In this document: positions 1 to 12,960 of the stretch, piece by piece
How positions within the stretch are numbered: position 1 is the first letter of the stretch
Layout of the letters: each line of letters opens with the position of its first letter
Assembly (NCBI RefSeq): GCF_947568905.1
Contig: NC_079168.1
Location: forward strand, 46,190,001 to 46,254,000
Origin: Ostrea edulis
Taxonomy: Eukaryota
Reading direction: 5' to 3'
DNA length: 64,000 bases
Notes under the pieces: generated by a model
What the model was told of the DNA's origin: nothing
Seen by the model: the letters and a program-made list of their open reading frames with translations, nothing else
The model's database searches: none
Program-made: the position numbers and the translations under genes

Positions 1-2003
1 ATAAATATAAACTTATAACGATGTTCTAAAATGTTATGAAGACCCACCATTATCAAAACTGCATAGAATCTCATGATGTTTTCTGCCGTTGCTTTCAGAT
101 TTGCTGCTATTTTTCTCTCTGATTGTTAATTTCTGCTTCTTGCTGCTTCTCTTGTCTGTTTCTCAGTTTTGTGTTGTGTTTTCTGAATTGCATCTTCCCC
201 TTTATATATTGTTGATTGAGTCATCTGTCGTCATCTATAAGAATTTCCTGTCTTCCAAGTCGCAAGCATGGCGGAAGGAAACCCCGCATTTAGCATCTTA
301 CCAAAACGGGAGCACGCCACGCCAACATAAAAACACATTAAAGAGTAGATAAGTGATTAGGAATAGTTTTTATGAATTACGTAATGAACAAGAGCATATT
401 TTCCTGGCGTAGTAAACATTTTTCATGAATGGAGTAACATTCTTTTTTCGGAAACGGGCACCGGATATTTCAAAATTAAAACAGTTGGAATTCTTATGGT
501 ATCAAGATGGAATCCCCGTAAACAAGTAGTATATTATGATGAATCAGAAAACTGCGTGTCGGCTTCTTGAAATGATCAGAATGTGCTACAACGATCATAG
601 AGTATATGTAATATACTACTCCTGGCGTCGATTAAAGGCGCACTCTCTAGGCATGCATTTTTTTTGTTTGATTTTTTTTTTTTTTTTTTTTTTGCTTCTA
701 GACAGTTTGTCGTTTGAATTATCAAAACAAGTGATGAAACGATAAGTCTGCGAGGGTGTACATTTTAAAATTCTTCGACAGTGACGACTGTTTTTACGAT
801 TTTGTATGTATTTTTAGAAGTTTGATTAACGTATCTAAAGTACTTTTGAATGAAAAGTAATAATAACAGCCGAAACAAAATATGCGCTTATACCACGATT
901 ATTTTCGAATATCTTTACTTTTGTAAAATTTAAGTTTTCTAAGCGTGGAATTCTCGCTGTGTGTACATGTACATTGTTCAACAGAGGGACATGTTGTGTA
1001 CTCACGAGTTCCGTCATGCTTACCATTAAGTTGTTTTGGGGTTTTTTTTGTTAAAAAGAGGTAGAATTTACACACGTAATGAATACAATAATGAAAACAT
1101 GACTAACACATCAGAATTTCATTGAGTTAAAATGCATAAGTAATTTAGTCAAAGCAGTTTCTTAAAGTACAGTCTTTCTTAAAGATTTAAAACAGGTTCT
1201 ATTGTAAATATGAATGATAGTTTTAATACTGTGACGTGTATTCCAGTGTATTGACTAGGAGACACGTAAGAGTAGAGTGCAGGGATACCTCACCTAAATA
1301 TACACCCTATCCTCCCAATTTTTTGAAACCATTCCTTCGAGCCTGACTGTTAACATTCTTTAAAATGAAGTCTTTAACGTTTTCCAATTACCCCCGGATC
1401 CTGATTATAATGTTCTCTACTTCTACAAATGTGTCTCCTGTTTTATTGTTTGATAATAACGTATTGCTCTCCATTATAACACTTGATCAGGGTTTCATTT
1501 CACCGCCACCCACCCCCTTTTTAGACTCCTTTAGAGTCTTAATTATTTGATAACTATGTATTTTTCTATTATGCATGCTGATGGGCTGTACTGCTCAAAG
1601 TTGTATTTATTGAATAAACTATATCATATGCGCGTGTACTTTACTATGTCTTTCACTATTTCATTATAAAATCCCGGTTTTCCAAGTGATATCAAAACAG
1701 CTTCTTCCAATAATCATCTGATATATAAATGCAAAATGAAATGCATAATACAGGAGAAAATGTTGGAGCAAGATCTCCTAAACTGGCTTAAAAATGTATT
1801 TTTCATGCAGAATATGATAGTTGTCAATATGGCAAGAATAGAAATTATTTTTATCTTTTATAAGAAAATAGGAAACTGTTGGTATTCAGTAAATATATTA
1901 TGATGTATGAAACGATTTTTTCTGATGCATGAAATGAATTTTTCTGATGTATATGATATGATATACATTTTGATAAAATATTTTAAGAAAAAAATTGAGT
2001 TTT

Positions 2004-2124
2004 TGATACACCTTGAGCTTCTTCACGGTGGGATATTGAATGGAGTGCTACGCTAAGTCGCTCCCTTCAAAATACTAACTCTCTCCATTCAATATGCTGG
2101 GATGAGGAAGCTTGGAGTATATCA
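2004..2124. repeat. Degenerate ~120-bp foldback (MITE-like) with imperfect ~40-bp arms
   Basis: tgatacaccttgagcttcttc...atattgaatggag is the imperfect reverse complement of ctccattcaatat...gaagcttggagtatatca. Confidence 0.55.
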
Positions 2125-2754
2125 TCTCCTGTACCTTTCAAAAGTTTAAAGACCATTGTTATGTTTTCATTGTAATCATTCTAATTGCAATTTGATAATA
2201 AACCCGTGTCGTACTCTTTAGGTATTGTATTCATACAGTTCATAGGTTTAACGTTTTTAACGTTTTTACATAGAATAAATATACATAGTTATACTTACAA
2301 TGCAGGTTATGTAAATGGACACAATTCATTTAATGTATAGATAATTGATGTCTGTGAGATAGTGTTATAGTTTTTAGCATAAGGAATATGAAATATGATA
2401 AGGTAAAATGAGGATAACCTCAGCATTATGAATGCATTTCTGTTCTTATACTTGAACATTTATATAAATATTTCCTAATTTACATAATTCTGTAACATTT
2501 TCTGTTGATAACAACTGAACTCGTTTGTAAGTAAAAGTTTTTATGTAACGACTAACAATAAGTGAAATTCGTCTTCTATTTCTGCATTTGAACACATTTG
2601 ACAAATTCTTTCATTTCTTGAAACATTTATAGTGTCTACCTTGTTCAACCTCCAGTCTATGCGATGACATTCGTTAGCTTTTTTCAGAAGTTGAAAATTT
2701 ATGTGAATTTAACCTTCAGTTTCAGTCAGCAAGATAAAGGAGTGAACGTAAATA

Positions 2755-3548
2755 TCATACCATACTATATACATGTACTATACTATAGTATATCATACTC
2801 TATACATGTACTATATTATAGTATATCATACTATATACATGTACTATACTATATTATATCATACTATATACATGTACTATACTATGTTATATCATACTAT
2901 ATACATGTACTATACTATATTATACCGTACTCTATACATGTACTATATTATAGAATATCATACTATATACATGTACTATACTATATTATATCATACTCTA
3001 TACATGTACTATATTATAGAATATCATACTATATACATGTACTATACTATATTATATCATACTATATACATGTACTATACTATATTATATCATACTCTAT
3101 ACATGTACTATACTATATTATATCATACTATATACATGTACTATACTATATTATACCGTACTCTATACATGTACTATATTATAGAATATCATACTATATA
3201 CATGTACTATACTATGTTATATCATACTATATACATGTACTATACTATATTATACCATATTATATACATGTACTATACTATAGTATATCATACTATATGC
3301 ATGTACTATACTATATTATATCATACTATATACATGTACTATACCATAGTATAGCATACTATATACATGTACTATACTATATTATATCATACTGTATATA
3401 TGTACTATACTATACTGTATACATGTACTAATCTATAATATACCGTACTATATATGTACTATGCTATATTATATCATACTATATTCATGTACTATACTAC
3501 ATTGTACCGTACTATATATGTATACTATATTATACTATACTATACTAT
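2755..3548. repeat. 33-bp minisatellite (catactatatacatgtactatactatattatat)n, ~20 clean copies degenerating rightwards
   Basis: Direct tandem periodicity; accounts for the YYIHVLYYIIS and MYYTILYHTIY repeat ORFs in the track. Confidence 0.97.
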
Positions 3549-3729
3549 TCCTGTGTTATAATTGGATAAGTTTGGCAATTTGTGTTAATATACATTATTA
3601 TTCTTTATTGCTGAAGACATACGTCTTATGGCATACATGTTTACAAAAATAATAAACAAGTTAATAATCGTATTGTATGGCATGGCATGACATTATATGG
3701 TATGTTACACAATACTGATGTGAATTTAT

Positions 3730-3930
3730 AGACAGAGAATGCTATATAAGTAAATCATTACGTAAATTAAAGGCACAGTAAAGATATTTCCCCAAATTAC
3801 ACAACTCTTTGAAATTTTTTACACTTAATAATTGTATAAGTTTAAAAACAGATGGGTTTTTCCAATAATACTTCTTGATATATTTCCTGCGCAATTCAAT
3901 AAAGTTGTTTCGATAAACGTCGATCATCGT
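3730..3930 (-). mobile_element. 3' end of a non-LTR retrotransposon (LINE) ORF2, remnant
   Basis: Minus ORF ...FIELRRKYIKKYYWKNPSVFKLIQLLS...LCNLGKYL resembles the C-terminus of invertebrate LINE ORF2 proteins. Confidence 0.6.
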
Positions 3931-5886
3931 CGGAAATTTACCTCGAATTGCAGGCGTTATAGATAAAACTGAATTTATCTATCAACTGCCATTCCAATGA
4001 TTCGAAGCTCTCGTCTATCTCACTCGTATACACGATAGTAATTTTTATCAAAAACTTTTTAGAATTTATTTTGACGTTAAACAGGCTGATTTTTTTTAAC
4101 TAGCAGCTATTTTTTTATTGGTGTAGAATAGTATGTTTTGTTATAGTCGTGTTCTGGGGAACTTTAATCAATATTTCACAGACTGTAACAATATAAGGTC
4201 CAATTTATGAAATGGGCAAGATTTGGCATATCTGTAAAACATCAATGTTGGGAGAAAATTAGATCACGAAAATAAAAGAACACAATCAATAATTAGATAT
4301 TGTCTGAACACCAGTCGCAAAAGACTCCCATTCATTATCCCTCTAATCAATGTTTCATTTGAGGGAAATATTCTTCGATACATTTTTTTTGTAAATCACA
4401 TTATACATCACACATTAAGAATTCTTTGTTGTGTTTTTGAAAATGATGCAGTGTGTAGCTTTTTAAAATTTCAAGCTATGCATAACAAGGCGCGTGTCTC
4501 CAGTGCACACACTCCAGTGGAATAGATTAAATTTCCAAGCTCAAGTTGAACATGATCTAAAGAGTTTATGTTTTCAGGTTTAGATACAACAAAAACCTAA
4601 TAAAAATAATATGGTGTCTCATGAATAATTTTCAAAAAATAAAGTAGTTTAAATTGGCATCAGAATTTCTATCTTCAATGTACACAATCTATTTATACAC
4701 AAGTTACTTCCCTTTGATAATGATGAAGACCAAGTGTAAGTGCGGGCGAGTCGATTATGCAAAGCAGGCGAGTTGATTGTCTATGAAAATAATGCAGTGT
4801 GCTGCTTTGAATTACACTATAAAGTTGGGTCAGGAATGGAATATGTATTTATTTCCAAAGGACCCGAAGTTTAGGAAAAGTTGGACGCTCAAGTCGAAGA
4901 GACGGCTTTGAACACTCCAATAAATTGCATTTCCATAAAGACCATTTCGCTATCAATATTAATTCAGAAATTGCCTATTGATATAGAATAGAAATACTTT
5001 ATTCGATATAATTGAAGAGAAATATGTATGGAGCAGACACGTAGCAACAGGTGCTTTTGGGTGTTTTTTTTAGGAAGGAGGTAGTGTTTGCAGCGCCGCA
5101 CTTTAACTCTCTATTCCACAGGGCCAGTAACTCTGCGAAGTTGCCGGTCCTTTACCAAGCTTGTCTGTCCTTACTGTGACTCGAAGTAAAACCTAACGTA
5201 CATGTATTTCTTAACTTTACTATTGTAAAAAGATATCAAAATGCAAACTTTTATTATTTGATTTTGATTTATTCAGAAATGTAGACGTTAATAATCAGAG
5301 AAATCCGAGTCATCATCCTCACTATTGTTGTCTTTAAATTATCTACAAGATCAGTAACATCAGACTCTTCATCTAAAACATCATCAGGTACAGGGTGGAC
5401 ATCTTGTAATGTAGGCCTCTTAACTCGTTCATAAAACAGTTTTCTTATAAAATTGAAAGTCATTTAGAACTATTTATTCATTATTTTAATATCAGTATTT
5501 TAACCTGACCTTGTCTATTATGGGTGAAGTTCTCTTTTTTTCATTTATCAATCTTTATTTATTCTATCATCCTTCCGATTATTTGTCGGTCTCGAGAAGA
5601 CGAACAAACGTTAAGGTCAAATAAACACTGGGGCTCGGGCCAGCTGGAGAAGAAGTTGACGTCACATTCTTGACACGCGATAGGTAAAAAGGATTTGGGA
5701 TACTTCTGCACGAAAAGGTTTATCTATTTATTTCACCACATTTCAGCTACCTTTCACTATTATTATAATAACGTTTATAATATTTCTTTCAATTCCAAAA
5801 TATTTTCACTCTTGATTATGGCCAATCGGGCAACACCTACACATTTATACCTCTGGTCAATCTTGGGTAAACCCAATCTGATTAGT

Positions 5887-6147
5887 CCCGTGGGGATCCG
5901 GGTTAGACTAGGTCCTCAGTACCCATTGCTTGTCGTAAGAGGCGACTAAATGGGGTGGTCCTTCGGATGATACCGCAAAAACATAGGCCCCGTGCTACAG
6001 CAGGTGTGGCACGATAAAGATCCCTTCCTGCTCATAGGCGCCGAGCATAGGCCTAAATTTAGCAGCCCTTCACCGGCCATGATGACTTCTCCATTATGAG
6101 TGAAGATTCTCGAGAGGGACGTTAAACAAGATATAATCAACCAATCT
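5887..6147 (+). mobile_element. SINE with V-domain-like core (3' part)
   Basis: cccgtggggatccgggttag...cttgtcgtaagaggcgactaa...cggatga..ccg.aaaa..aggccccgtg...cacgataaagatccc, with a caat-like tail; near-identical copies at 24375-24640 (+) and 21364-21535 (-). Confidence 0.8.
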
Positions 6148-7764
6148 GATTAAATACAGATCATCTGCAATTGATCAGATTGGGGTAAATCGCGTACGGT
6201 TCACATATCCGGGGGTTTGGTACTCTCATTCAACTGTTGATTCTCGATTTGGCGATTTTTAAACAGGTAAACAAGGAAAACAAGAGGATTTTTTAAAAAT
6301 TACACAAACACGATGGTGTAGTTTACAACATACATCATTTAGAATTTGGTGCTTTTAACTGACAGAAGATGGTTTTTTCATTCATCATGAAAGCATCTTA
6401 TCGAATTCAAAATATTTGTGATACGAGTAGTTTGATGTCTAGGAGGAACACATAGATTGTCACTTGGATAAAAATTCAAAATGACCAATTTCATCCTCCT
6501 CCAGTTGATTTTTGATTCAACAAACTGGATCACGATCGTGTATCAGTATTGATTGGGCGTTATGACAAAGCATAGATATTAGATCTTTCTCTTTATCATT
6601 ATGAATTCGCTGATTACAAGCCATAAACTTTTGAAATTATAATTGAGAGTTCTCTAAAGTTTGACTTTTATTCTCAAGGCTTTACCGATAAATGATGAAA
6701 TATCCAAGTCTGGAATAAGACGCATATTGAAAATTTTCAACTACAGAGCAGATACATAATGTACATGCATAGGAACGTCTATCTGTACACTCCCTCTGTC
6801 TGCACACTCCCTCTGTAACAATCGGGGAAACCTTCAAATCATTCCGTGTTCTCCACAAATCATCTAACTGAAAAGAAACCAAAAACCTGATAACGACAAA
6901 GAGAAACAAAAAATGCCAAAGGTTTCCAACGAAAAAAAGAGAGGAAATTCCAAGCGTTTGTCTTATGTATAATTACGTGGATAAGCGGTTAGGAATGTGT
7001 ATAATTAGTTCTTAAAGGTCTCGACATTAGGCAGTCTGTCAATAAAATGTTTGTTTACAAATGCACTGTCCGGGGAAGAAGGATACAAACTAAACTTAAG
7101 ATTTCTGTTATTCCAATGCCAAATCAGTGAAGGTTTTGTTGTGAAGATTTTGCAATGTTTGTCAGAAAAAGACACAAAGATCGACGGATAATTATTTACT
7201 AAGTCGTGCGTAGAATAATGAAGTAATGCACCGTAACATTAAATAACTTATCATGATACAGATTATAGTACACATTATGGGTTATTTCAGCAATGATAGG
7301 GAGTGATCAGTGCACAGCATATGCTCGTTTGCAAAAGGTTTGAAGGTTAATGAGAGCTTCTTTGAACCCAGATTGGAATCTTATTTAGGAATTAAACATT
7401 TCGTATCTTGTGTTGCTGCATTTACCGGGTTGAAGTAAATACAAAGTATGGAGTGAAAATGCACGTGTTTAGCTAAAATGATTTACTAGTATATCAACGC
7501 GTACTAATATGTACAAAGGATGTCTTTGTTATTTCAAAACACTGCAATACAAAAAAAAAAAAATTCTCCTTTCAAGAATCACACAGAAGATATCAATAAA
7601 TGTTCAGTTGACCTTTGTGGACCTGAAAATGATACCGGAAGTGACGAGTACTATCTGGGGTTTTCTAGTAGCAGTGTATCATCACTTTTACAGACGATAT
7701 CCAAGATAAGAGATCAATCTCATGAATCCTATCAACAATACCAAATCACACACGAAGCCTTGGA

Positions 7765-7850
7765 CATACTATAGAGGTGAGTTCAGGTGCCCAAAGAGGA
7801 GTAAGCATCCCCTGTTGACCAGCAACACCTGCCGTGAGCCCTATATTAAG
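7765..7850 (-). mobile_element. Penelope-like element 3' fragment
   Basis: agaggtg..tcaggtgcc..agaggagtaagcatcccctgttgacc...gccgtgagccctatat matches 23445-23515 and 28050-28120. Confidence 0.7.
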
Positions 7851-9114
7851 TAAATGGAATGTCGTGTTTGTACCAACTGAAATTTATAGATTTTATGTAA
7901 GTACGAACTGAAGTTTATAGATTTTATGTATCTACCAATTAAAGTCTATAGATTTTGTGTAATTTACCTACTGAAATTTACATGTAACTGCCTTCTGAAG
8001 TTTATATATATCCTGTACCTACCTGTGGAGGTTTATAGATTTCATGTACCTACCAATAATTGTAGCTGACTGATGTCATGTACCTACCAATAATTGTAGC
8101 TGATTGATGTCATGTACCTAGTTATTGAAATGTATAGATGTCATTGTGTCTACCTCCTGAAGTTCTGAGTGAAAGAAATTGACCGGGCGTTACAAAGCAG
8201 TATTTTCCTGTTGTATTGAATTTTTTGAATAGATAATGTTAATCATGAAAGAAAGTATTTTTGGATTCTTTTCCCTTCAAACATGTGGGCGATCTATTCA
8301 AGTTAAACGCTGAATTTTAAAACAAGTTTTGTCGATAGTTATTTTATAAGATGTATGTGAAGTATAGAGAAGATCACTGAGAAGATCGATTACTCTTACA
8401 GATAGATACAACTGTCTTTAGGATGCAACAAAAGTTAATATAGAAGAAATGTTTCAGTATACCACTTTTATTTCATTATGCTTGAAATGATTGGAATTCC
8501 ATCTCTCCATTTTGTTTCAAGTTATATTATTTATTTGTATACTATTTTGCGCCCCATTAGAAAAATATTTATTTATGTAAATACATCATCAGTTTTAGGT
8601 ACATGCTTTTTGACCTATGCATAGCATTCGTAGTCATAGCTGTGAGAATTATCTTATGCCTACAGCGACACGGGGTCTCCAATTTCAAGGACATGCATCC
8701 AAAAGACCCGCATCTTTTCCTTCTAATGGCGAGCGCTGTATAGGAAAGAAACAGTCGCTACTGACTCAAGAAACTAATTATTATCTTTATGGGGGAGTTA
8801 ATTAGTTTTAATTTTGCGTGTGTTTGATATTATTATCATCGCCGGCGACCGACGACATTGTTGCAGTTCATTTAACTAGCTGTGTGTGTTGCGGTTATAA
8901 AAGTTAGCAGAATTATGTTGGAGTCACTAAGATTGGTATTCAGATATGTTATTGTGTACTATACATATTTGCTTTAGTGTGGTTTCTTACAACAATTGAT
9001 GGTATAAGTAGTTTTTTGATATAAGAAAATAGTTTCTTAGCTCATTCAGAAAATTATGAGTGGTTGTAGATGTTTCAAATTTACAGTGTATCTAAATTTG
9101 CTTTTCACTGAGTT

Positions 9115-9910
9115 TGTATTTGTGAATATTCTACCAATATTCTCCCAGTATGTATTTGTTAATATTCTCCTAGTATATATTTGTAAGTATTCCTCCAGTA
9201 TGTATTTGTGAATATTCCTCCAGTATGTATTTATTAATGTTCTCCCAGTATGTATTTGTTAATATTCTCCCAGTATGCATTTGTTAATATTCTCCCAGTA
9301 TATATTTGTTAATATTCTCCTAGTATGTATTTGTTAATATTCCCCCAGTATGTATTTGTTAATATTCTCCCAGTATGCATTTGTTAATATTCCCCCAGTA
9401 TGTATTTGTTAATATTCCCCCGGTATGTATTTATGAATATTCCCCCAGTATGTATTTGTTAATATTCCCCCAGTATGTATTTGTTAATATTCCCCCGGTA
9501 TGTATTTATGAATATTCCCCCAGTATGTATTTGTTAATATTCTCCCAGTATGCATTTGTTAATATTCTCCCAGTATATATTTGTTAATATTCCCCCGGTA
9601 TGTATTTATGAATATTCCCTCAGTATGTATTTGTTAATATTCTCCTAGTATATATTTGTTAATATTCCCCCAGTATGCATTTGTTAATATTCTCCTAGTA
9701 TATATTTGTTAATATTCCCTCAGTATGTATTTGTTAATATTCTCCCAGTATGCATTTGTTAATATTCTCCTAGTATATATTTGTTAATATTCCCTCAGTA
9801 TGTATTTGTTAATATTCTCCCAGTATGCATTTATTGATATTCTCTTAGTATATATTTGTAAGTATTCCCCCGGTATGTATTTGTGAATATTCCTCCAGTA
9901 TGTATTTGTA
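9115..9910. repeat. 25-bp minisatellite (tatgtatttgttaatattctcccag)n, ~30 copies
   Basis: Direct tandem periodicity; an outlying degenerate unit at ~10345-10395. Confidence 0.96.
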
Positions 9911-11458
9911 ATATTACACGATTATTGACATTTTTAGGTCGATATGATACTTTAGCTTCTTCAGAAGTATTTTACACGTGCCGAGCTGTATTTCGAGGGT
10001 TCCTAAAGTATTGCATTAACCGGAAGAAAATGTCAATTGTTTTATCAAATGATTGAATAATTCAAAACAGCGAAACCGGATACTAGAACCAACAAAAAGA
10101 TACCTGGTTGGTCATCTTTGTTTACAACAAGAGTACAGACCTAGTCGATAGAGATAGCCATTTCTTCATGAATGCGGTGCAGTTGTAAATAATGTGCGTA
10201 TGAAACTTGATGAATATAGTTCGTCTATTTTAACGGATGGATATTCCGACAGAAATGAATTTCATTTTTGAAAATAACGTGCCTCGTGAAGTAATCTTAT
10301 GTATTTTCAAAAATGAAATTCATTTCTTAAATATTCTCCCATTATTATTTGTGAATATTCCCTCAGTATGTATTTATCAATATTTCCCCAGTATGTTTTG
10401 ATGTGCTCTAGGATGGTTTGCAATGTCTTTTCAAACATATTATTGATTGTAGACTTACAAAAAACAACATATTAAAAGAGAACAAAAAGTCCAAATCTGA
10501 GAAAACTGTCTTAATTTGTCCCCATCTGCGCAGTCACAACACAATTGAAATATATCATTAGTTTCTTGGTGCATTTTTCTGTACCTCCCTTTTTATCATT
10601 AGTTCTGATTGACTCTATGCAATTTGTATAGATTATTGCACCAGGAGAAATTGTTTCCTTCAACCGTTATGGCATAACAATGGTTCGTTGCTTGAATTAA
10701 CTTATCTTGCAATCCATATCTGCGAGAAATTCAGTGAAATAAAGTGGTAATAAAAGGTTTGGACAAGGTTTTAAATATGATAGAGGAGAAGGACAAATCC
10801 TGCTTTGTAAACGTTCAACAAAGCATGTTTACATAATTCTAAACGGAAATGGGAGTTTATACTTGAGGCCCATTAATAAGGACTTTAAAAGCATTTACGC
10901 TGAATCTAATGTCAGTTAAACCTGAATTCGATATATAAAAAAGAATTAATAAATGATAGCGAAAAGAGAAAGTTCTTACGTAATCCCGAGTACCCGAGTC
11001 AACACAATAAATGATACAGGATTTTTTTTTATTGAACGGTAGCTCAGCGAAATTCCTCAAACTAAAGAGGGAATATATATAACATCGACAGAGTCGGATA
11101 ACAGATAACGCAGACCGATGCGGAAATTATTCTTCCATGAAATTCGATCAAACGCTGACGAAAGTAGACATTAAATCCATTTTATTAACGATCTTTCAGA
11201 TCTCAAACATTTTGATTTAAAATTCATCCTTTACATTTGAAATCATGTAGAATTTAGTCCCAAAAAAAAGTATGTTCAGAAAGTTTTAGAATATTTTTGT
11301 GCAGTACAAGCACTCTTGTTTGAATAATAACCGTACTGTCATGTTCTGGGCACTTTCATTTAACATCACTATAGCAGGGGGGGGGGGTGTCTATCAATTC
11401 ACAGCATATAGTGTATTGTTATGTAAAACTTATCTTGTTATCTATGCCAAAATATTAT

Positions 11459-12960
11459 AACAAGAGATGTTTGTAAAACACATATGCCCCCCATGGTGCA
11501 AAATTGAAAAGGGTTACACACACACACATCATTTAATTGAGAGTAGTATCATCAATTCAAAATATTGAGCAGACAATATATTCCTATGTCAAGAGTGGAT
11601 TGACCATGTGACCTAAAAATCAATAGGGGTCATCAACTTCTGAAGATGTACCAGTGTACCAAGTTTGATGTCTGTCAAGCAAAGGGTTCTCAAGATATTG
11701 AACGGACAGTATATTCCTATGTCCAATTTGACCCTTGGCTTTTGACCATGTGACCTTAAAATAATTAGTAGTCATCTTCTCCTGAAGATGTACCAGTGTA
11801 CCAAGTTTGATGTCTGTCAAGCAAAGGATTCTCAAGATATTGAGCGGACAGTATATTCCTATGTACAGTTTAATCCTTGACCTTTGACCACGCGACCTCA
11901 AAATCAATAGGTGTCATCTTCTCCTGAAGATGTACCAGTGTACCAAGTTTATTGTCTGTCAAGCAAAGGGTTCTGAAGATATGGAGCAGACAGTATATTC
12001 CAATGTCCAGTTTGACCCTTGACCTTTGACCATGTGATCTGAAAATCAATAGGGGTCGTCTTCTCCTCAAGACGTACCAGTGTACCACGTTTGATGTCTG
12101 TCATGCAAAGGGTTCTCAAGATATTGAACTGACAGTATATTCCTATGTCCAGTTTGACCCTTGACCTTTAAACATGTGACCTCAAAATAAATAGGGGTAA
12201 TTTTCTCCTGAAGATGTACCAGTGTACCAAGTTTGATGTCTGTCAAGCGAAGGGTTCTCAAAATATTGAACAGGAAGTATATTCCTGTCTAGTGTGACCC
12301 TTGACCTTTGACCATGTGACCTCAAAATCAACAGTGGTCGTCTTCTCCTGAAGTCGTATCAGTGTACCAAGTTTGATGTCTGTCAAGAAAAGGGTTCTCG
12401 AGATATTTAACGGACAGTATATTCCTATGTCCAGTTTGACCTTTGACCATGTGACCTCAAAATCAATGGGGGTCATCTTCTGAAGATGTACTGGCGTACC
12501 AAGTTTGATGTCTGTCAAGCAAAGGGTTCTCTAGACATTGAATGGTCAGTATATTCCTATGCCCAGTTTGACCCTTGACCTTTAACCAAATGACCTCAAA
12601 ATCAATAAGGGTCATCTACTCCTTAGGATGTACCAGTGTGCCAAGTTTGATGTCTTTTAAGCAAAGGGTTCTCAAGATATTGAGCGGACATTATATTCCT
12701 ATGTCCAGAGTAGATTGACCCTTGACCTTTGACCTTTTGACCTGAAAAACAATAGGGATCCTCTTCTTCTCATAACTAACCCAGATATGAAATATCATTA
12801 TCATCAAGTGAATGGTTCTCAAGATATTGAGCGGACAACACATGGTCTACAGAACGACCGACCGACCGACCGACCGACAGACAGACCAACAGACCGATCG
12901 ACCGACAGGTGCAAAACAATATGCCCCCTCTTTTTCAAAGGGGGGCATAAAAATTGTGAT
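11459..12960. mobile_element. Non-autonomous Helentron/HINE-type element with an internal ~142-bp tandem array
   Basis: Starts aacaagagatg...atatgccccc; unit marker gatgtaccagtgtaccaag at 11645, 11787, 11929 etc. (142-bp period, ~8-9 units); (accg/acag)n microsatellite at 12855-12905; terminal hairpin atatgccccctc..tttcaaagggggg.cataaaaa. Confidence 0.8.

Noticed and set aside
89-352. 87-aa hydrophobic ORF at the window start
   Set aside because: Non-ATG start, low-complexity pyrimidine bias, and the opposite strand is interrupted by stops; no recognisable product.
2664-3431. 255-aa and 193-aa Tyr/Ile/His-rich repeat ORFs
   Set aside because: Produced by the 33-bp minisatellite (a multiple of 3 with no stops in two frames); no other coding evidence.
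5960-6000. cggatga...cg.aaa motif in the SINE resembling a hammerhead core
   Set aside because: Lacks CUGANGA and the stem III/NUH arrangement; it is the conserved SINE central domain.
7520-7774. Possible exon EDINKCSVDLCGPENDTGSDEYY...
   Set aside because: No partner exons or donor found; truncated by a PLE fragment; does not match the Cys-peptide family.
11620-12518. Several repetitive minus-strand ORFs (LTDIKLGTLVHLQEK...)
   Set aside because: Translations of the 142-bp satellite units.
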